From Candidatus Dojkabacteria bacterium (GTDB lineage Bacteria > Patescibacteriota > Dojkabacteria > J137), in the NCBI GenBank assembly GCA_041750555.1, contig JBGSZB010000010.1:1-39240 (forward strand): a stretch of DNA of 39,240 nt, read 5' to 3'. A model generated the notes under the pieces. It was not told where the DNA came from and ran no database searches. It saw only the letters and a list, made by a program, of their open reading frames with translations. Numbering within the stretch: the stretch's first letter is position 1; every line of letters begins with the position of its first letter. Both the position numbers and the translations under genes were made by a program. Of this stretch, positions 1 to 10,058 are shown piece after piece.

Positions 1-1
1 T

Positions 2-763
2 TCATTAATTGGAGAAAATATTATATTTTTAAGGGAATCTAATGTATCTGATTTATTAAAATCAAATATACCTGAGATTGATAGAGTACTACTGTATAAA
101 TATTTACCAGGTAAAATTAGTGTAGAAATTATTCAAAATAATCCATCAATTATTGAAATTACATTAAATAGTGTTAAATATTTAGATATTAATGCTAAAG
201 ATAAAGGTGAATTAGAATACTCTGAATATCCAAGTTTTAGTGAAGAAGAAAGTCAAATATTGAGTGGTGTTAATTTAATAGATTCAAGCTTAGTTTTAAA
301 TAAATATTTAGAGGGAAAAACTGATGAGGAAAAGTTATTAATTGATTGGACTAAAGTTGAAGTATCAGAAAAACAAAAGATTTTAAAAGAAATAAAAGCT
401 GAACTTGAAAATAGGATAAGTGTATATTTTAATAATGTTAAAGAAATATTAAAAACAACTCCTTTTTCAGATCTACCTGTTGTAGAAATATTAGATCCAA
501 ATTTAAGTTTAGATAGTACAGAAATTAAAAATATTATATTAGTTAGAGATAATTTGTTTTCTAGAAATAAAGAGATTAGTAGTATTGTTTTAACAAGTGA
601 GTATAGTTTTGAGGTTATAACTAATAGTAAAAAAGTTATATTTTCATTAATTAGAGATATTACAGCCCAAGTTGTGGATTTAGATAGTGTTATATTTTAT
701 GGGTATTTTGATAATGCAAGAATTGTTGATTTAAGAACTGAAACTTATTCAATTGTTTATTAA
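2..763 (+). CDS. ftsQ: Cell division protein FtsQ/DivIB-like, 5'-truncated by window edge
   Basis: I translated the frame of the 260..763 track ORF codon by codon and it stays open back to nt 2, so the CDS enters from upstream. The translated N-part, ENIIFLRESNVSDLLKSNIPEIDRVLLYKYLPGKISVEIIQ, resembles the POTRA / FtsQ beta-rich region. It lies directly upstream of ftsA-ftsZ, as in dcw clusters. Confidence 0.55.
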   Translation, partial: SLIGENIIFLRESNVSDLLKSNIPEIDRVLLYKYLPGKISVEIIQNNPSIIEITLNSVKYLDINAKDKGELEYSEYPSFSEEESQILSGVNLIDSSLVLNKYLEGKTDEEKLLIDWTKVEVSEKQKILKEIKAELENRISVYFNNVKEILKTTPFSDLPVVEILDPNLSLDSTEIKNIILVRDNLFSRNKEISSIVLTSEYSFEVITNSKKVIFSLIRDITAQVVDLDSVIFYGYFDNARIVDLRTETYSIVY

Positions 764-861
764 CTTTTAAAAACTTGCATTAAATTTAAGGTAAATGTAA
801 ACTTTTGATTACTTTTGTATTATTATTAATGGTAAAATTCTTTAGAGTTAATTAATACTTT

Positions 862-2154
862 ATGGCAAATATAATTACAGCTATCGATATAGGGTCAAGC
901 AAGGTTTCTGCAATAATTGCGGTTGTTGAAGAGAATGGAAAAGCTAAGGTTATTGGAGAAGCAAGTTCTCCATCTTATGGAATTAGAAAAGGAGAGATTA
1001 CAGGAATAGATGAAGCTGTTAATTCTATTGCAACTGCACTTACAGGAGCAGAGAGGATGGCAGGTTTAACTGTTTCATCTGCATATGTAACTATTAATGG
1101 TAAACAAATAATTTCAAATAATAATAAAGGCGTTGTAGCTATTTCTGAAAGTGAAATTGGAGAAGATGATGTTTATAGAGCATTAGAACAAGCAAGAACA
1201 GTAGCTATTCCTCCAACAAGAGAAATTATTCACTTAATTCCAAGAGAGTTCTTAGTTGATCAACAATCTGGAATTAAAGTTCCGATCGGAATGACTGGAA
1301 CAAGATTAGAAGTAGACTCACACATTATTTCGGCACCAGTTACAGCAAAACATAATTTAGAAAAATGCATTCAAAGTATTGGTTTAAGAATAGATGGAGT
1401 TGTGTTTAGTGGATGGGCAGCTGCTCAATCAATACTAACTCCTACAGAAAAAGAATTAGGTGTGTTATTACTTGATATTGGTGGTGGAACTGTTTCAATA
1501 ACTACATTTGTTGAAGATGCAGTTACATATAGTACAGCAATTCCATTTGGAGGAAGTAATGTTACTAGAGATTTAGCTGCAGGTTTAAGACTTCAATTAG
1601 ATGATGCAGAAAAAGTTAAAGTTAATGCAGAAGAATTATTTAAAAATTCTGATATTCAAGCAAAAAGAGCAGAGAAAAAAGATGATGATAAAGAAAAAGA
1701 GAAGATTATTAAAAGAAGTGATATTTTAGATGTATCAAGTTTAGGACTTGAAGATGTTAAAACAATTTCAAGAAAACAATTTAATTTAATAATAGAGGAG
1801 AGGATTACTGAAATATTTGAGTTTGTAGTTGATAATATTGAATCAGCAGGGTATGAATATCAATTACCTGCAGGTGTTGTATTAACTGGAGGAACAGCAT
1901 TAGTTCCAGGAATAACTGCTATTGCTAAGAAAGTATTTAAAGTGCCAGCTCGTATTGGATCTCCTAGAGGATTAGACGGTTTAGTTGATGGAATATCTAC
2001 TCCTGCATATGCCTCAACTCAAGGCTTAGTTTTGTATGCATTGCATGATGAAATATATAGAGGTGATAGTAAATTTAATGTTGTGCAATCTACAAAGAAA
2101 TCTAATGGCTTGGTAGATAAGGTTTCTGGCTTCTTTAGAAATTTAATGCCTTGA
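862..2154 (+). CDS. ftsA: Cell division protein FtsA
   Basis: Actin-fold motifs AIDIGSSKV (phosphate 1), LLLDIGGGTVSIT (phosphate 2) and VLTGGTALVPG (adenosine). An inserted SHS2-like domain is present. The C-terminal amphipathic tail is GLVDKVSGFFRNLMP. Sits next to ftsZ. Confidence 0.95.
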   Translation: MANIITAIDIGSSKVSAIIAVVEENGKAKVIGEASSPSYGIRKGEITGIDEAVNSIATALTGAERMAGLTVSSAYVTINGKQIISNNNKGVVAISESEIGEDDVYRALEQARTVAIPPTREIIHLIPREFLVDQQSGIKVPIGMTGTRLEVDSHIISAPVTAKHNLEKCIQSIGLRIDGVVFSGWAAAQSILTPTEKELGVLLLDIGGGTVSITTFVEDAVTYSTAIPFGGSNVTRDLAAGLRLQLDDAEKVKVNAEELFKNSDIQAKRAEKKDDDKEKEKIIKRSDILDVSSLGLEDVKTISRKQFNLIIEERITEIFEFVVDNIESAGYEYQLPAGVVLTGGTALVPGITAIAKKVFKVPARIGSPRGLDGLVDGISTPAYASTQGLVLYALHDEIYRGDSKFNVVQSTKKSNGLVDKVSGFFRNLMP

Positions 2155-2163
2155 TTAAATTAA

Positions 2164-2191
2164 TTGTTCAATTCTTTTTATAGTGTATAAT
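2164..2191 (+). promoter_or_regulatory. Candidate sigma-70 promoter for ftsZ (TTGTTC-16 nt-TATAAT)
   Basis: TTGTTC at 2164-2169 and TATAAT at 2186-2191 lie in the 140-nt ftsA-ftsZ spacer. Sequence match only. Confidence 0.3.
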
Positions 2192-2294
2192 AATATTATA
2201 CGAAGTTGCAAAAATTGTTAACAAATCTCTTGCAAATTTATACATAGTGAATTAGTATAAGTGTATTGAAAATTTTAAAATTTAGTTTAAGAAA

Positions 2295-3497
2295 ATGTTA
2301 GTAAGACCACAAGCATCATTAGCCGCAAAAATTAAAGTTGTAGGAGTAGGAGGAGGAGGAGGAAATGCTTTAAACACAATGATTAATGAATACAATATCC
2401 AAGATGTTGAATTTATTGCAATTAATACAGATGCTCAAGCATTAATGAATTCTAAAGCAGATATTAAGTTAAGAATTGGAGAACAAATTACAAGAGGTTT
2501 GGGAAGTGGAGGAAACCCAGTTATTGGAAGAAAAGCAGCTGAAGAGAGTGTTGATCAAATACATGAAGTTTTAGCAGGAGCTGATATGGTTTTCATTACT
2601 GCAGGTATGGGTGGTGGAACCGGAACTGGAGCTGCAGCAATTGTTGCAGGTATTGCTAAAAATTTAGGGGCTCTAACTGTAGCTATTGTGACAAAGCCAT
2701 TCCATTTTGAAATGAAAAGGCGCATGGATTCAGCCCTAAAGGGTATTGAAGAATTAAGAGATAAGGTAGATACATTAATTGTTGTACCTAATCAAAGATT
2801 ATTAGAAATATTAGATAAAAATGTTTCATTTTTTGAAGCTATGAAAAAGGCTGATGATGTTTTAGCTCAAGCTGTTAAAAGTATTTCAAATTTAATTACT
2901 CAACCTGGAATTATTAATGTTGACTTTGCAGATGTTAGATCAGTTATGGATAATGGAGGTTCAGCATTAATGGGATTAGGTAGAGCAAATGGAGATAATA
3001 GAGCAAGTGAAGCTGCAAAAATGGCTATTGAAAGTCCATTACTAGAGATATCAATTGATGGAGCTAAGGGTGTATTGTTTAATGTTATTGGAGGTAAAGA
3101 TTTAAGCATGTCTGAAATTAGTTCAGCTGCTGAAATTATTAAAGATAGAGTTTCTCCTGATGCAATATTTATCTTTGGAGCAAGTATTGATCCATCATAT
3201 GAAGATATTGAAATTACTGTTATTGCAACAGGTTTTGAAGCTGAATATACTTCAACAGGAGATTTAGTTTCTGCTGGTAAAACCTCATTAAATTTAAATG
3301 ATGATTCTTTTAATAAAAGACCACTAACTCAAGTACAACCAACATCTCAACCAAAACCTCAAGGTACATTTGGATCTTTTGGTAGAACTAGCATGAGTCA
3401 GGATGATGAAGATGATTTAGATAGTTTACCTAGTTTCTTAAGAAGAAAACCTAGAGAAGATAGTGTATTAAATAACGAGGAAGAGACCGAAAATTAA
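2295..3497 (+). CDS. ftsZ: Cell division GTPase FtsZ
   Basis: VVGVGGGGGNA, NTDAQAL and the tubulin signature GGGTGTGAA. A long disordered linker is followed by the conserved C-terminal peptide DLDSLPSFLRRK. Confidence 0.97.
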   Translation: MLVRPQASLAAKIKVVGVGGGGGNALNTMINEYNIQDVEFIAINTDAQALMNSKADIKLRIGEQITRGLGSGGNPVIGRKAAEESVDQIHEVLAGADMVFITAGMGGGTGTGAAAIVAGIAKNLGALTVAIVTKPFHFEMKRRMDSALKGIEELRDKVDTLIVVPNQRLLEILDKNVSFFEAMKKADDVLAQAVKSISNLITQPGIINVDFADVRSVMDNGGSALMGLGRANGDNRASEAAKMAIESPLLEISIDGAKGVLFNVIGGKDLSMSEISSAAEIIKDRVSPDAIFIFGASIDPSYEDIEITVIATGFEAEYTSTGDLVSAGKTSLNLNDDSFNKRPLTQVQPTSQPKPQGTFGSFGRTSMSQDDEDDLDSLPSFLRRKPREDSVLNNEEETEN

Positions 3498-4342
3498 ACT
3501 GGTCTAGCTACCGCAACATATCGTTCTTTATTGGAACCTAGTGGGAAACATGTAAATAATGTAAGAGTACCTCTACCTTTAGTACCTGTAATAATTGAGG
3601 TTTCATCAGGTTCAACAATCTTGCTACTAAACATTTTGTATTTAAATTCCCTACCTTCAATTTCGATAATTATTTCATCACCTACCTGAAGTTCAGGTAT
3701 AAAAGAAAAAGCCATTAAAGGAGTATTTCTAGATGGATTTAAATTAGGACTAGCACTATGACCATAGATAACAATATTGTTTTTAACATCTGAAATTGGT
3801 AATCCAGTACTTCTAAAATGAGCTAATGTATTATTTAAAACTGCATTGTATGCATTTTCTGAACTACTATCTACATTTGATTGTACTGGTAAACGGTTAA
3901 TTCCAATAGATGGAATAGAGATATAGAAGACATTAGAGTAATTTAAACTAACAGGATCAGGTTGTAGAATATTTAAACTTAGAGCTGTATTTGTAAGGGA
4001 GTCTAAATTTTGAGGATTAGAGATATATTTAGAAATATCTATGTAAGTATCATCAACCGCAGCAACATTCCCCCTATCGTAATATCCACTACTTTGTAAA
4101 AGGGATTGTTGTATATCAGGAAAGAATTGTTGATAAATAAAAATACCACCGGCTAACACAAAGAATCCAGGGATCAGGATACTTGCAATTCTAGTTTTAG
4201 ATGAGAGTTCTTCCAAAGAAACATAGACTCCTTTTAAGAGAGACCACATTGTAGTTCTTTTTTTAATAGGACTATCTACTTTTAATTCTAAATAGTCATA
4301 ATTACCCTTAAAACTTGATTCATCCTTTTTATAGCTGTACAT
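3494..4342 (-). CDS. Sortase family transpeptidase (membrane anchored)
   Basis: N-terminal TM segment IASILIPGFFVLAGGIFIY, catalytic His context IVIYGHS, Cys motif TLFTCFP and downstream Arg (VAVARP). Its stop overlaps the ftsZ stop by 4 nt (convergent). Confidence 0.85.
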   Translation of the reverse strand: MYSYKKDESSFKGNYDYLELKVDSPIKKRTTMWSLLKGVYVSLEELSSKTRIASILIPGFFVLAGGIFIYQQFFPDIQQSLLQSSGYYDRGNVAAVDDTYIDISKYISNPQNLDSLTNTALSLNILQPDPVSLNYSNVFYISIPSIGINRLPVQSNVDSSSENAYNAVLNNTLAHFRSTGLPISDVKNNIVIYGHSASPNLNPSRNTPLMAFSFIPELQVGDEIIIEIEGREFKYKMFSSKIVEPDETSIITGTKGRGTLTLFTCFPLGSNKERYVAVARPV

Positions 4343-4413
4343 AGAAGAAAAATTCTCAATAAAATGTTAAAATTACCAACGTCCAACTCTATAATATTTG
4401 TTAAGCTATCTCA

Positions 4414-5688
4414 ATGTCAATAACAGCAGAAGATAAACATAAGGTTAAAAACTTATTAAACCTCGGTAAAACACAGGGATATGTAACACATGACGATATA
4501 TTAGATAGTTTCCCAGAGGTAGAGGAGAACTTACATCTTTTAGAATATATCATTTCTTCACTTCAAGATGCAGATGTAGAACTAATAGAACCTGAAGCTC
4601 AAAATGCAACTTTTGGAGAAAGAGCATCTAAAATGACTTTTGAAGAAAAGATAGCAATTCTTAAACAAATTAGATCACATGTTAGTACAGATCCTATTAG
4701 AGCATACCTTCAAGAGATAGGTAGAATTCCACTTCTAAGTGCTGAAGAAGAGGTTATTCTAGCTAAAAGGATAGAAGAGGGAGAAGAAGAGTATGAGAAG
4801 GCTATAAACGAAGCTTGTGAGAAATTACCTGAAGATATGGTTTATCAAAAAGCTAAGAAGATGTTAGAAAAAGGTTTAAAGAAACATGCAAGTATAGATG
4901 CTGCAAAAAGAAAGATGGAGAGTAAAGATAAAAGATTTCTAAATAAAAAGATTAAAGATGGAATTGAAGCTACTAATCTTTTAACAACAGCTAATTTAAG
5001 ATTAGTTGTATCTATTGCTAAAAACTATTTAAAAAGAGGTTTAGATCTATTAGATTTAATACAAGAGGGTAACTTAGGTTTAATGAGAGCTGTAGATAAA
5101 TTTGAATTTAGAAAAGGTTTTAAATTTTCAACATATGCTACTTGGTGGATTAGACAGGCAATTACTAGAGCTATAGCCGATCAAGCTAGAACTATTAGAG
5201 TTCCTGTTCATATGATTGAAACTATTAACAAATTAAGTAAAGTTTCTTCTCAATTATCATCTAAATTAGGTAGAAGTCCAACTCCAAAAGAGATAGCTAA
5301 GGCTATGGGATTAACTATTGAAAAGGTTAATGAAATTGTTAAGATTGCTCAAAAACCTCAATCATTAGAAGCTCCAATTAGTGATGAAGCTGAAGGTACT
5401 TCTTTAAGTGATATTATTCCTGATGATTTTACATCTTCTCCATCAGAACTTGCTACTTGGTCATATCTTAAAAAACAAATTACAGAGATTCTCGCAACTT
5501 TATCTGATAGAGAAAGAAAAGTTATTGAGTTAAGATTTGGTTTAAGAGATGGTGTTGCAAGAACTCTAGAAGAAGTAGGTCATGAATTTAATGTTACTAG
5601 AGAGAGAATTAGACAAATTGAAGCTAAAGCATTAAGAAGAATGAAGAGTGATGAAATTGCACAAGCTTTAAAGGACTATCTAGAGTAG
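4414..5688 (+). CDS. rpoD: Primary RNA polymerase sigma factor (sigma-70 / RpoD)
   Basis: Region 2 block FSTYATWWIRQAITRAIADQARTIRVPVHMIE, region 3, and region 4.2 TLEEVGHEFNVTRERIRQIEAKALRRM. An acidic region 1.1-like N-terminus is present. Confidence 0.95.
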   Translation: MSITAEDKHKVKNLLNLGKTQGYVTHDDILDSFPEVEENLHLLEYIISSLQDADVELIEPEAQNATFGERASKMTFEEKIAILKQIRSHVSTDPIRAYLQEIGRIPLLSAEEEVILAKRIEEGEEEYEKAINEACEKLPEDMVYQKAKKMLEKGLKKHASIDAAKRKMESKDKRFLNKKIKDGIEATNLLTTANLRLVVSIAKNYLKRGLDLLDLIQEGNLGLMRAVDKFEFRKGFKFSTYATWWIRQAITRAIADQARTIRVPVHMIETINKLSKVSSQLSSKLGRSPTPKEIAKAMGLTIEKVNEIVKIAQKPQSLEAPISDEAEGTSLSDIIPDDFTSSPSELATWSYLKKQITEILATLSDRERKVIELRFGLRDGVARTLEEVGHEFNVTRERIRQIEAKALRRMKSDEIAQALKDYLE

Positions 5689-5748
5689 TTACCAACTATT
5701 GATAACATATGTGTTTAACTGCTATAATCCTTGTGGTTAAATTAGTGT

Positions 5749-6384
5749 ATGAATTCTCAGACTATAGGGGGATTAGACTACCCAGCAGCCTACACAGAAG
5801 GTTCTAGAGTGTTTAATAATATGAAATGGTTTATTGCAAACGACATTGAAATGCTCGGTTGTATACCTGTAGATCAAATAGATGAATCTTTAAATAGATT
5901 TTTTAAATCATTATTTCAAGCATTGATACCAGGTGATATTTCTCACCTTAAACAAATCTTAGACAGTGAACTTGAACCTAGTTTACAGAGTGTAGTGAGA
6001 CCATTTTTACTTAATCTAACAAGTCTTTTATCCTTAAATAGAAATACCTATCACTTTAATACTCTCATAGAAAAGGCTCAAAGCCATATGATGCAAGAAT
6101 TAGGAGTTGAGATTAATAACACAAGTGGCTTGGATTCAACAATTGTAAGAGAAAAGATAGAATCCTTTTTTTGGATAGATGTTGTAGAGTCTTTAGAAGA
6201 AAGAAAACCAATTATAGAGTATTTATTATCATTATTAACTAGAAATAAGAAGCCAGGAGATGATGAAATCATAGATTCGGTTCTTGTATGTTTAATAGAC
6301 TTAGGTGTGTTTACCCTTGAAGAAGGTGGAAAATATAAGTCTGGTCTTGAAAATCTTTCTACTGTAGATCAATTTCTAAACTAA
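5749..6384 (+). CDS. Hypothetical protein (211 aa, no recognisable motif)
   Basis: Long ORF in the sense orientation of the local gene array with a soluble, helix-rich composition. I recognise no family. Confidence 0.5.
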   Translation: MNSQTIGGLDYPAAYTEGSRVFNNMKWFIANDIEMLGCIPVDQIDESLNRFFKSLFQALIPGDISHLKQILDSELEPSLQSVVRPFLLNLTSLLSLNRNTYHFNTLIEKAQSHMMQELGVEINNTSGLDSTIVREKIESFFWIDVVESLEERKPIIEYLLSLLTRNKKPGDDEIIDSVLVCLIDLGVFTLEEGGKYKSGLENLSTVDQFLN

Positions 6385-6442
6385 ATTGTTTACCTTAAGC
6401 TTACTTATAGTATAAAATGGTATTCAGTTATACATCAATATA

Positions 6443-7252
6443 TTGAATACAACATTAAGTAAATCCCAAGAAAGATACAGAATATGGTTAGAGCAGAGTA
6501 AATATGATTTAGAGATAGCTAAAGTATCTCTAGAAAATAGATATTACGAATGGGCATGCTATCAAAGTGTACAATCAGTTGAGAAAGCAATTAAAAGTGT
6601 AATTGTTCATGCAGGATTAAGATCCCCTAAAACACATAAACTAGGAGTATTAATGAGTATAGCTAATCATGCTAACGAATTATTCTTTGATGTTAAATTA
6701 AATTACAGAAAAGTAGAGGCTTACACCTTTATATCTAGATATCCATTTGTATATCCAGATCATAATAAATCACCTCACGAAATGATAAGAAAAGAAGATG
6801 CCGAAACTTGTGTAACTGTAGCTAATGAAATATACACACAAATTGAAGAGTTTTTATCAAAGAACTTAATTAAAAAAGGTGAAACAGTAAAGGTTGAAGA
6901 TATGTATTTTAATGAAGAAGATATTAGAGTAAGAGTTCTGAGTATTATTGAATCACTTAAGAATGCTAGTGAAATATCTTTAGAAAAAATAATATTATTT
7001 GGAAGTTTTGCTAGAGAAAAAAGTAGACCAGTATCATCCACTATGGATATTTTAGTAATTTGCGAGACATCATTACAATTTATTGATAGAATAAAATATG
7101 TTAGGGATGTAACACGTGGTGGAGAACCAATTATTGAACCTTTAGTTTACACAGCAGAAGAGTTTGACTTTATGTTAAAAGAAGAAGGAGAGGGCTTTTT
7201 AGAAAGTGCTATAGAAGAGGGAGTAGTAATATATGATAAAAATGCTAACTAA
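6443..7252 (+). CDS. Single-chain HEPN domain + minimal nucleotidyltransferase (MNT) domain protein
   Basis: The N-half is HEPN-like: DLEIAKVSLENRYYEWACYQSVQSVEKAIKSVIVHAGLRSPKTHKL contains an Rx4H motif (RSPKTH), followed by ISRYPF. The C-half is NT-fold: IILFGSFAREKSRPVSSTMDILVI, then VYTAEEF and EEGVVIY. The start is a TTG codon. Confidence 0.8.
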   Translation: MNTTLSKSQERYRIWLEQSKYDLEIAKVSLENRYYEWACYQSVQSVEKAIKSVIVHAGLRSPKTHKLGVLMSIANHANELFFDVKLNYRKVEAYTFISRYPFVYPDHNKSPHEMIRKEDAETCVTVANEIYTQIEEFLSKNLIKKGETVKVEDMYFNEEDIRVRVLSIIESLKNASEISLEKIILFGSFAREKSRPVSSTMDILVICETSLQFIDRIKYVRDVTRGGEPIIEPLVYTAEEFDFMLKEEGEGFLESAIEEGVVIYDKNAN

Positions 7253-7799
7253 CTTTATAATGAAAAACTATTTAACATTAATATTTCTCCTTGTAGTTTT
7301 AGGCATTCTTTCAGCTGTGTTAATTCTTTTTAATCAAGACAGTAGTGGAAATATTAGAAAAGCTTCAGATAATCTTCCAGACTCTTACTTAGCTAAAACA
7401 GAGATAAGTGGTAATAGTACACTATGTTTAAGTGAGGAAAATTGTGACATAGTAGAATATACACTAACAGATAATGAATATTTATACGTTTCAGTAGGTG
7501 AAATGCCAATACCTGAAGATACTAGTGGAATTTGCTATAGAGATGAGATAAACAACTATTTCTTTCTAACTAAATCAACTCCTGTAAATGAAAAGTATCC
7601 GAGAGGTGTGTATAGTTTAAAAAATAAAGATAATTGTGTAGAAACAGGAGATATTGGTGTAAAAGTATATAGTGCTAATGCATGTGTAGATAATCTTTGT
7701 TTCTTTTACATCAAACTATACAATCAAGAGAGTGATATTAATCTTCAAGCTGTACTAGATAGAATTAGTTTAGAATCTAACAAACTTAACTTCAATTAA
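7233..7799 (+). CDS. Hypothetical secreted/membrane-anchored Cys-rich protein
   Basis: Signal-anchor sequence MKNYLTLIFLLVVLGILSAVLILF. The true start is more likely the ATG at 7260, just after the upstream stop. The mature part has 7 Cys (CLSEENC, GICY, NCVETG, ANACVDNLC). Confidence 0.55.
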   Translation: MIKMLTNFIMKNYLTLIFLLVVLGILSAVLILFNQDSSGNIRKASDNLPDSYLAKTEISGNSTLCLSEENCDIVEYTLTDNEYLYVSVGEMPIPEDTSGICYRDEINNYFFLTKSTPVNEKYPRGVYSLKNKDNCVETGDIGVKVYSANACVDNLCFFYIKLYNQESDINLQAVLDRISLESNKLNFN

Positions 7800-7803
7800 A
7801 TAT

Positions 7804-8250
7804 ATGTTTACCAGAATTATTCACGCTGAGGGAAATATGCTCCTTCCTCAATTAAGTTACAGCGATATTAGAGGTATAGATCTAATACCTTCGTTCACTG
7901 AAATAGTATTTCAAGTACAAGGATTTGATTTAATTAATGAACATGAAAAAGAGAGATTAATTAGTGCAATAAGAGATATATTTGAATATATTTCCCTAGA
8001 AATTACTAAGAGAGATAATCTTAAACTATTTAATTCCTTAAATTTAGGTTTAAAAGGTAAAACCATACAAATTCAAGGAAGTAGACAGAATAAAAAAGAG
8101 CTTTTAGAACACAATCTTTATTCCAAAGCTAAAGAGATATACGAATCTTACTCGTTATTAAATTTTTACGGTATACCACATCCACATGCAATAGTTAGAT
8201 TAGCACTAATGAATTTAATTAAAGAAAGACATGCTTTAATAGAAGCATAA
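7804..8250 (+). CDS. Hypothetical protein (148 aa)
   Basis: ORF 4 nt after the preceding stop and followed by a strong terminator hairpin. No motif recognised. Confidence 0.5.
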   Translation: MFTRIIHAEGNMLLPQLSYSDIRGIDLIPSFTEIVFQVQGFDLINEHEKERLISAIRDIFEYISLEITKRDNLKLFNSLNLGLKGKTIQIQGSRQNKKELLEHNLYSKAKEIYESYSLLNFYGIPHPHAIVRLALMNLIKERHALIEA

Positions 8251-8251
8251 G

Positions 8252-8280
8252 TAAGGGGTTAGTAAATTACTAACCCCTTA
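8252..8280. terminator. Bidirectional intrinsic terminator hairpin (13-bp perfect stem, 3-nt loop)
   Basis: TAAGGGGTTAGTA-AAT-TACTAACCCCTTA lies between the convergent 7804..8250(+) and rny(-) genes. It is a G/C-containing stem in AT-rich DNA, with A/T-rich sequence on both sides. Confidence 0.75.
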
Positions 8281-8308
8281 ATATTCAAATCAATTAATTA
8301 CCATAAAG

Positions 8309-9868
8309 TTACTTAGCTTCTTCTTGAGCTCTTAATTCTCTAATAACTGTAACTTTAATAACTCCTGGATAATTTCTTTGTTCTTCAATCTCTCTTGCAA
8401 TCTTAAATGCCATAGATTTAACATCTTCATCAGTTGTTTCTTCAGGTCTTACAATCACTCTAACTTGTCTACCTGCATTAATTGCAAATGCTTCTTTAAC
8501 ACCTTTATGTTTCATAGCAATATCTTCTAGGGCTCTAACTCTTTTTACATACTCTTCGTAACTATCTCTTCTAGCTCCAGGTCTTGCTCCAGAAATTGCA
8601 TCAGCAATTCTCACAATTTCACCTTCAATATATTTAGCATCAATATCAAAGTGGTGAGCTGCAATAGAATTAATTAATCTATCATCTTTAAAATACTTAG
8701 CTGCAATTTCAGCTGAAATATGGTGGTGTTGCTTTCCCTCTTCAGGGGCTACTTTACCTAAATCATGTAATAGACAAGCAAGTTTTGTAATCTCAACATT
8801 AGCTCCTAATTCTAAAGCTAGTGCTTCTCCAATTTTAACCATTTCTAGGGTATGTTTAACTAAGTTTTGTCCATAACTAAACCTATACTTAAATCTACCT
8901 AAAAGCATAATGATCTCCATAGGTAAGCTATTAAATCCAGTTTCATAAGCTACATCTTCTCCAGTTTTTTTAATAACTTTTAAGACATCTTTTTTAACCT
9001 TATCAATTGATTCTTCAATAGCCCCTGGATGAACTCTACCATCTTGTAAAAGCTTTTGCATAGCAAGTGATGCCACCTCTCTTCTAATAGGATCAAAAGA
9101 AGATAGTGTAACTTGGTTAGGTGCTTCATCAATAATCACATCTACACCTGTTAACTTTTCAAAAGTTCTAATATTTCTACCATCTTTACCAATAATTTTT
9201 CCCTTTAATCCCTCATCCTCAATAGTAAATGTAGTAGTAGTAGTTTCAACAACATAATCAGTTGCACTATTAAGCATAGTTTCAACTAATATCTTTTTAG
9301 ATACATCATCAGATTCTTGTTTAATTAAATCTTCAGTTTCTCTAATCTTTTTAGCTTGCCAAGTAGACAAATCTTTTTCAACCTCACCCTTTAAAAGTTC
9401 TTCAGCTTCTTTTTTACTAAGTCCTGCAACTTCCTCAAGCTTTGTTCCTAATTCATCTCTTTGTTTACTTAAATCCTCTCTAATTCTCTCTAACTCTTTT
9501 TGTTTACTATCTAGTGAATCTAATCTTTTATCTAAGTTATTTGATCTCTCTAATAACCCTTTTTCTCTAGATTCTAAAATAGCTTCCTGTTCTTTTAAAC
9601 TAGTTCTAATTTTAGAAGCCATTTCATTAGCTTCACTAGTAATTTTTAAAGCTTCTTTTTCAGCTTCAAGTAACTTGTTCTTTGCTATTTCACTTGCACT
9701 TTTAATAGCTTCCTCACTAGAAATAACCTTAGCTTCGACTGGCTTTGATCCATTGCTCTTTATTGTCTTTAATTGTTTAAAGATATAGAAAGCGGCAATA
9801 GATAATGCAACAAATGTTACAGCTAAGACGATACCTAGGATGTACAATGCATCTGTATCCATCTTCAT
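8309..9868 (-). CDS. rny: Ribonuclease Y
   Basis: N-terminal TM helix, long coiled coil, KH domain GKIIGKDGRNIRTFEKLTGVDVIID and HD domain LLHDLGK / AAHH. 519 aa. Confidence 0.95.
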   Translation of the reverse strand: MKMDTDALYILGIVLAVTFVALSIAAFYIFKQLKTIKSNGSKPVEAKVISSEEAIKSASEIAKNKLLEAEKEALKITSEANEMASKIRTSLKEQEAILESREKGLLERSNNLDKRLDSLDSKQKELERIREDLSKQRDELGTKLEEVAGLSKKEAEELLKGEVEKDLSTWQAKKIRETEDLIKQESDDVSKKILVETMLNSATDYVVETTTTTFTIEDEGLKGKIIGKDGRNIRTFEKLTGVDVIIDEAPNQVTLSSFDPIRREVASLAMQKLLQDGRVHPGAIEESIDKVKKDVLKVIKKTGEDVAYETGFNSLPMEIIMLLGRFKYRFSYGQNLVKHTLEMVKIGEALALELGANVEITKLACLLHDLGKVAPEEGKQHHHISAEIAAKYFKDDRLINSIAAHHFDIDAKYIEGEIVRIADAISGARPGARRDSYEEYVKRVRALEDIAMKHKGVKEAFAINAGRQVRVIVRPEETTDEDVKSMAFKIAREIEEQRNYPGVIKVTVIRELRAQEEAK

Positions 9869-10058
9869 TTATATAAAATATATTACAAGGATATGTGTAG
9901 AAGACTTACGAAAGTAATCTTTTCAAAATACTTTGTGTTTTTAATATTTAAAAATCTATTAATACTATTAAGCTTTATCTACAATTATCCTGTTAACTAT
10001 ATTTAGAAAACTTCTAAATTAAATTTAACAAGCAATTATATCAAAAAATACCTCTTCT

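Noticed and set aside
7108-7123. Possible parS-like site TGTAACACGTGGTGGA.
   Set aside because: Only the central CACGTG and a few flanking bases match TGTTNCACGTGAAACA and the arms are not palindromic. It lies inside the HEPN-NT CDS, far from parB.
9869-10058. Possible structured RNA in the 190-nt spacer upstream of rny (imperfect hairpin AGACTTAC-GAAA-GTAATCT).
   Set aside because: The stem is short and bulged and the region is otherwise featureless AT-rich DNA. It is adequately explained as the amidase terminator and rny promoter region.
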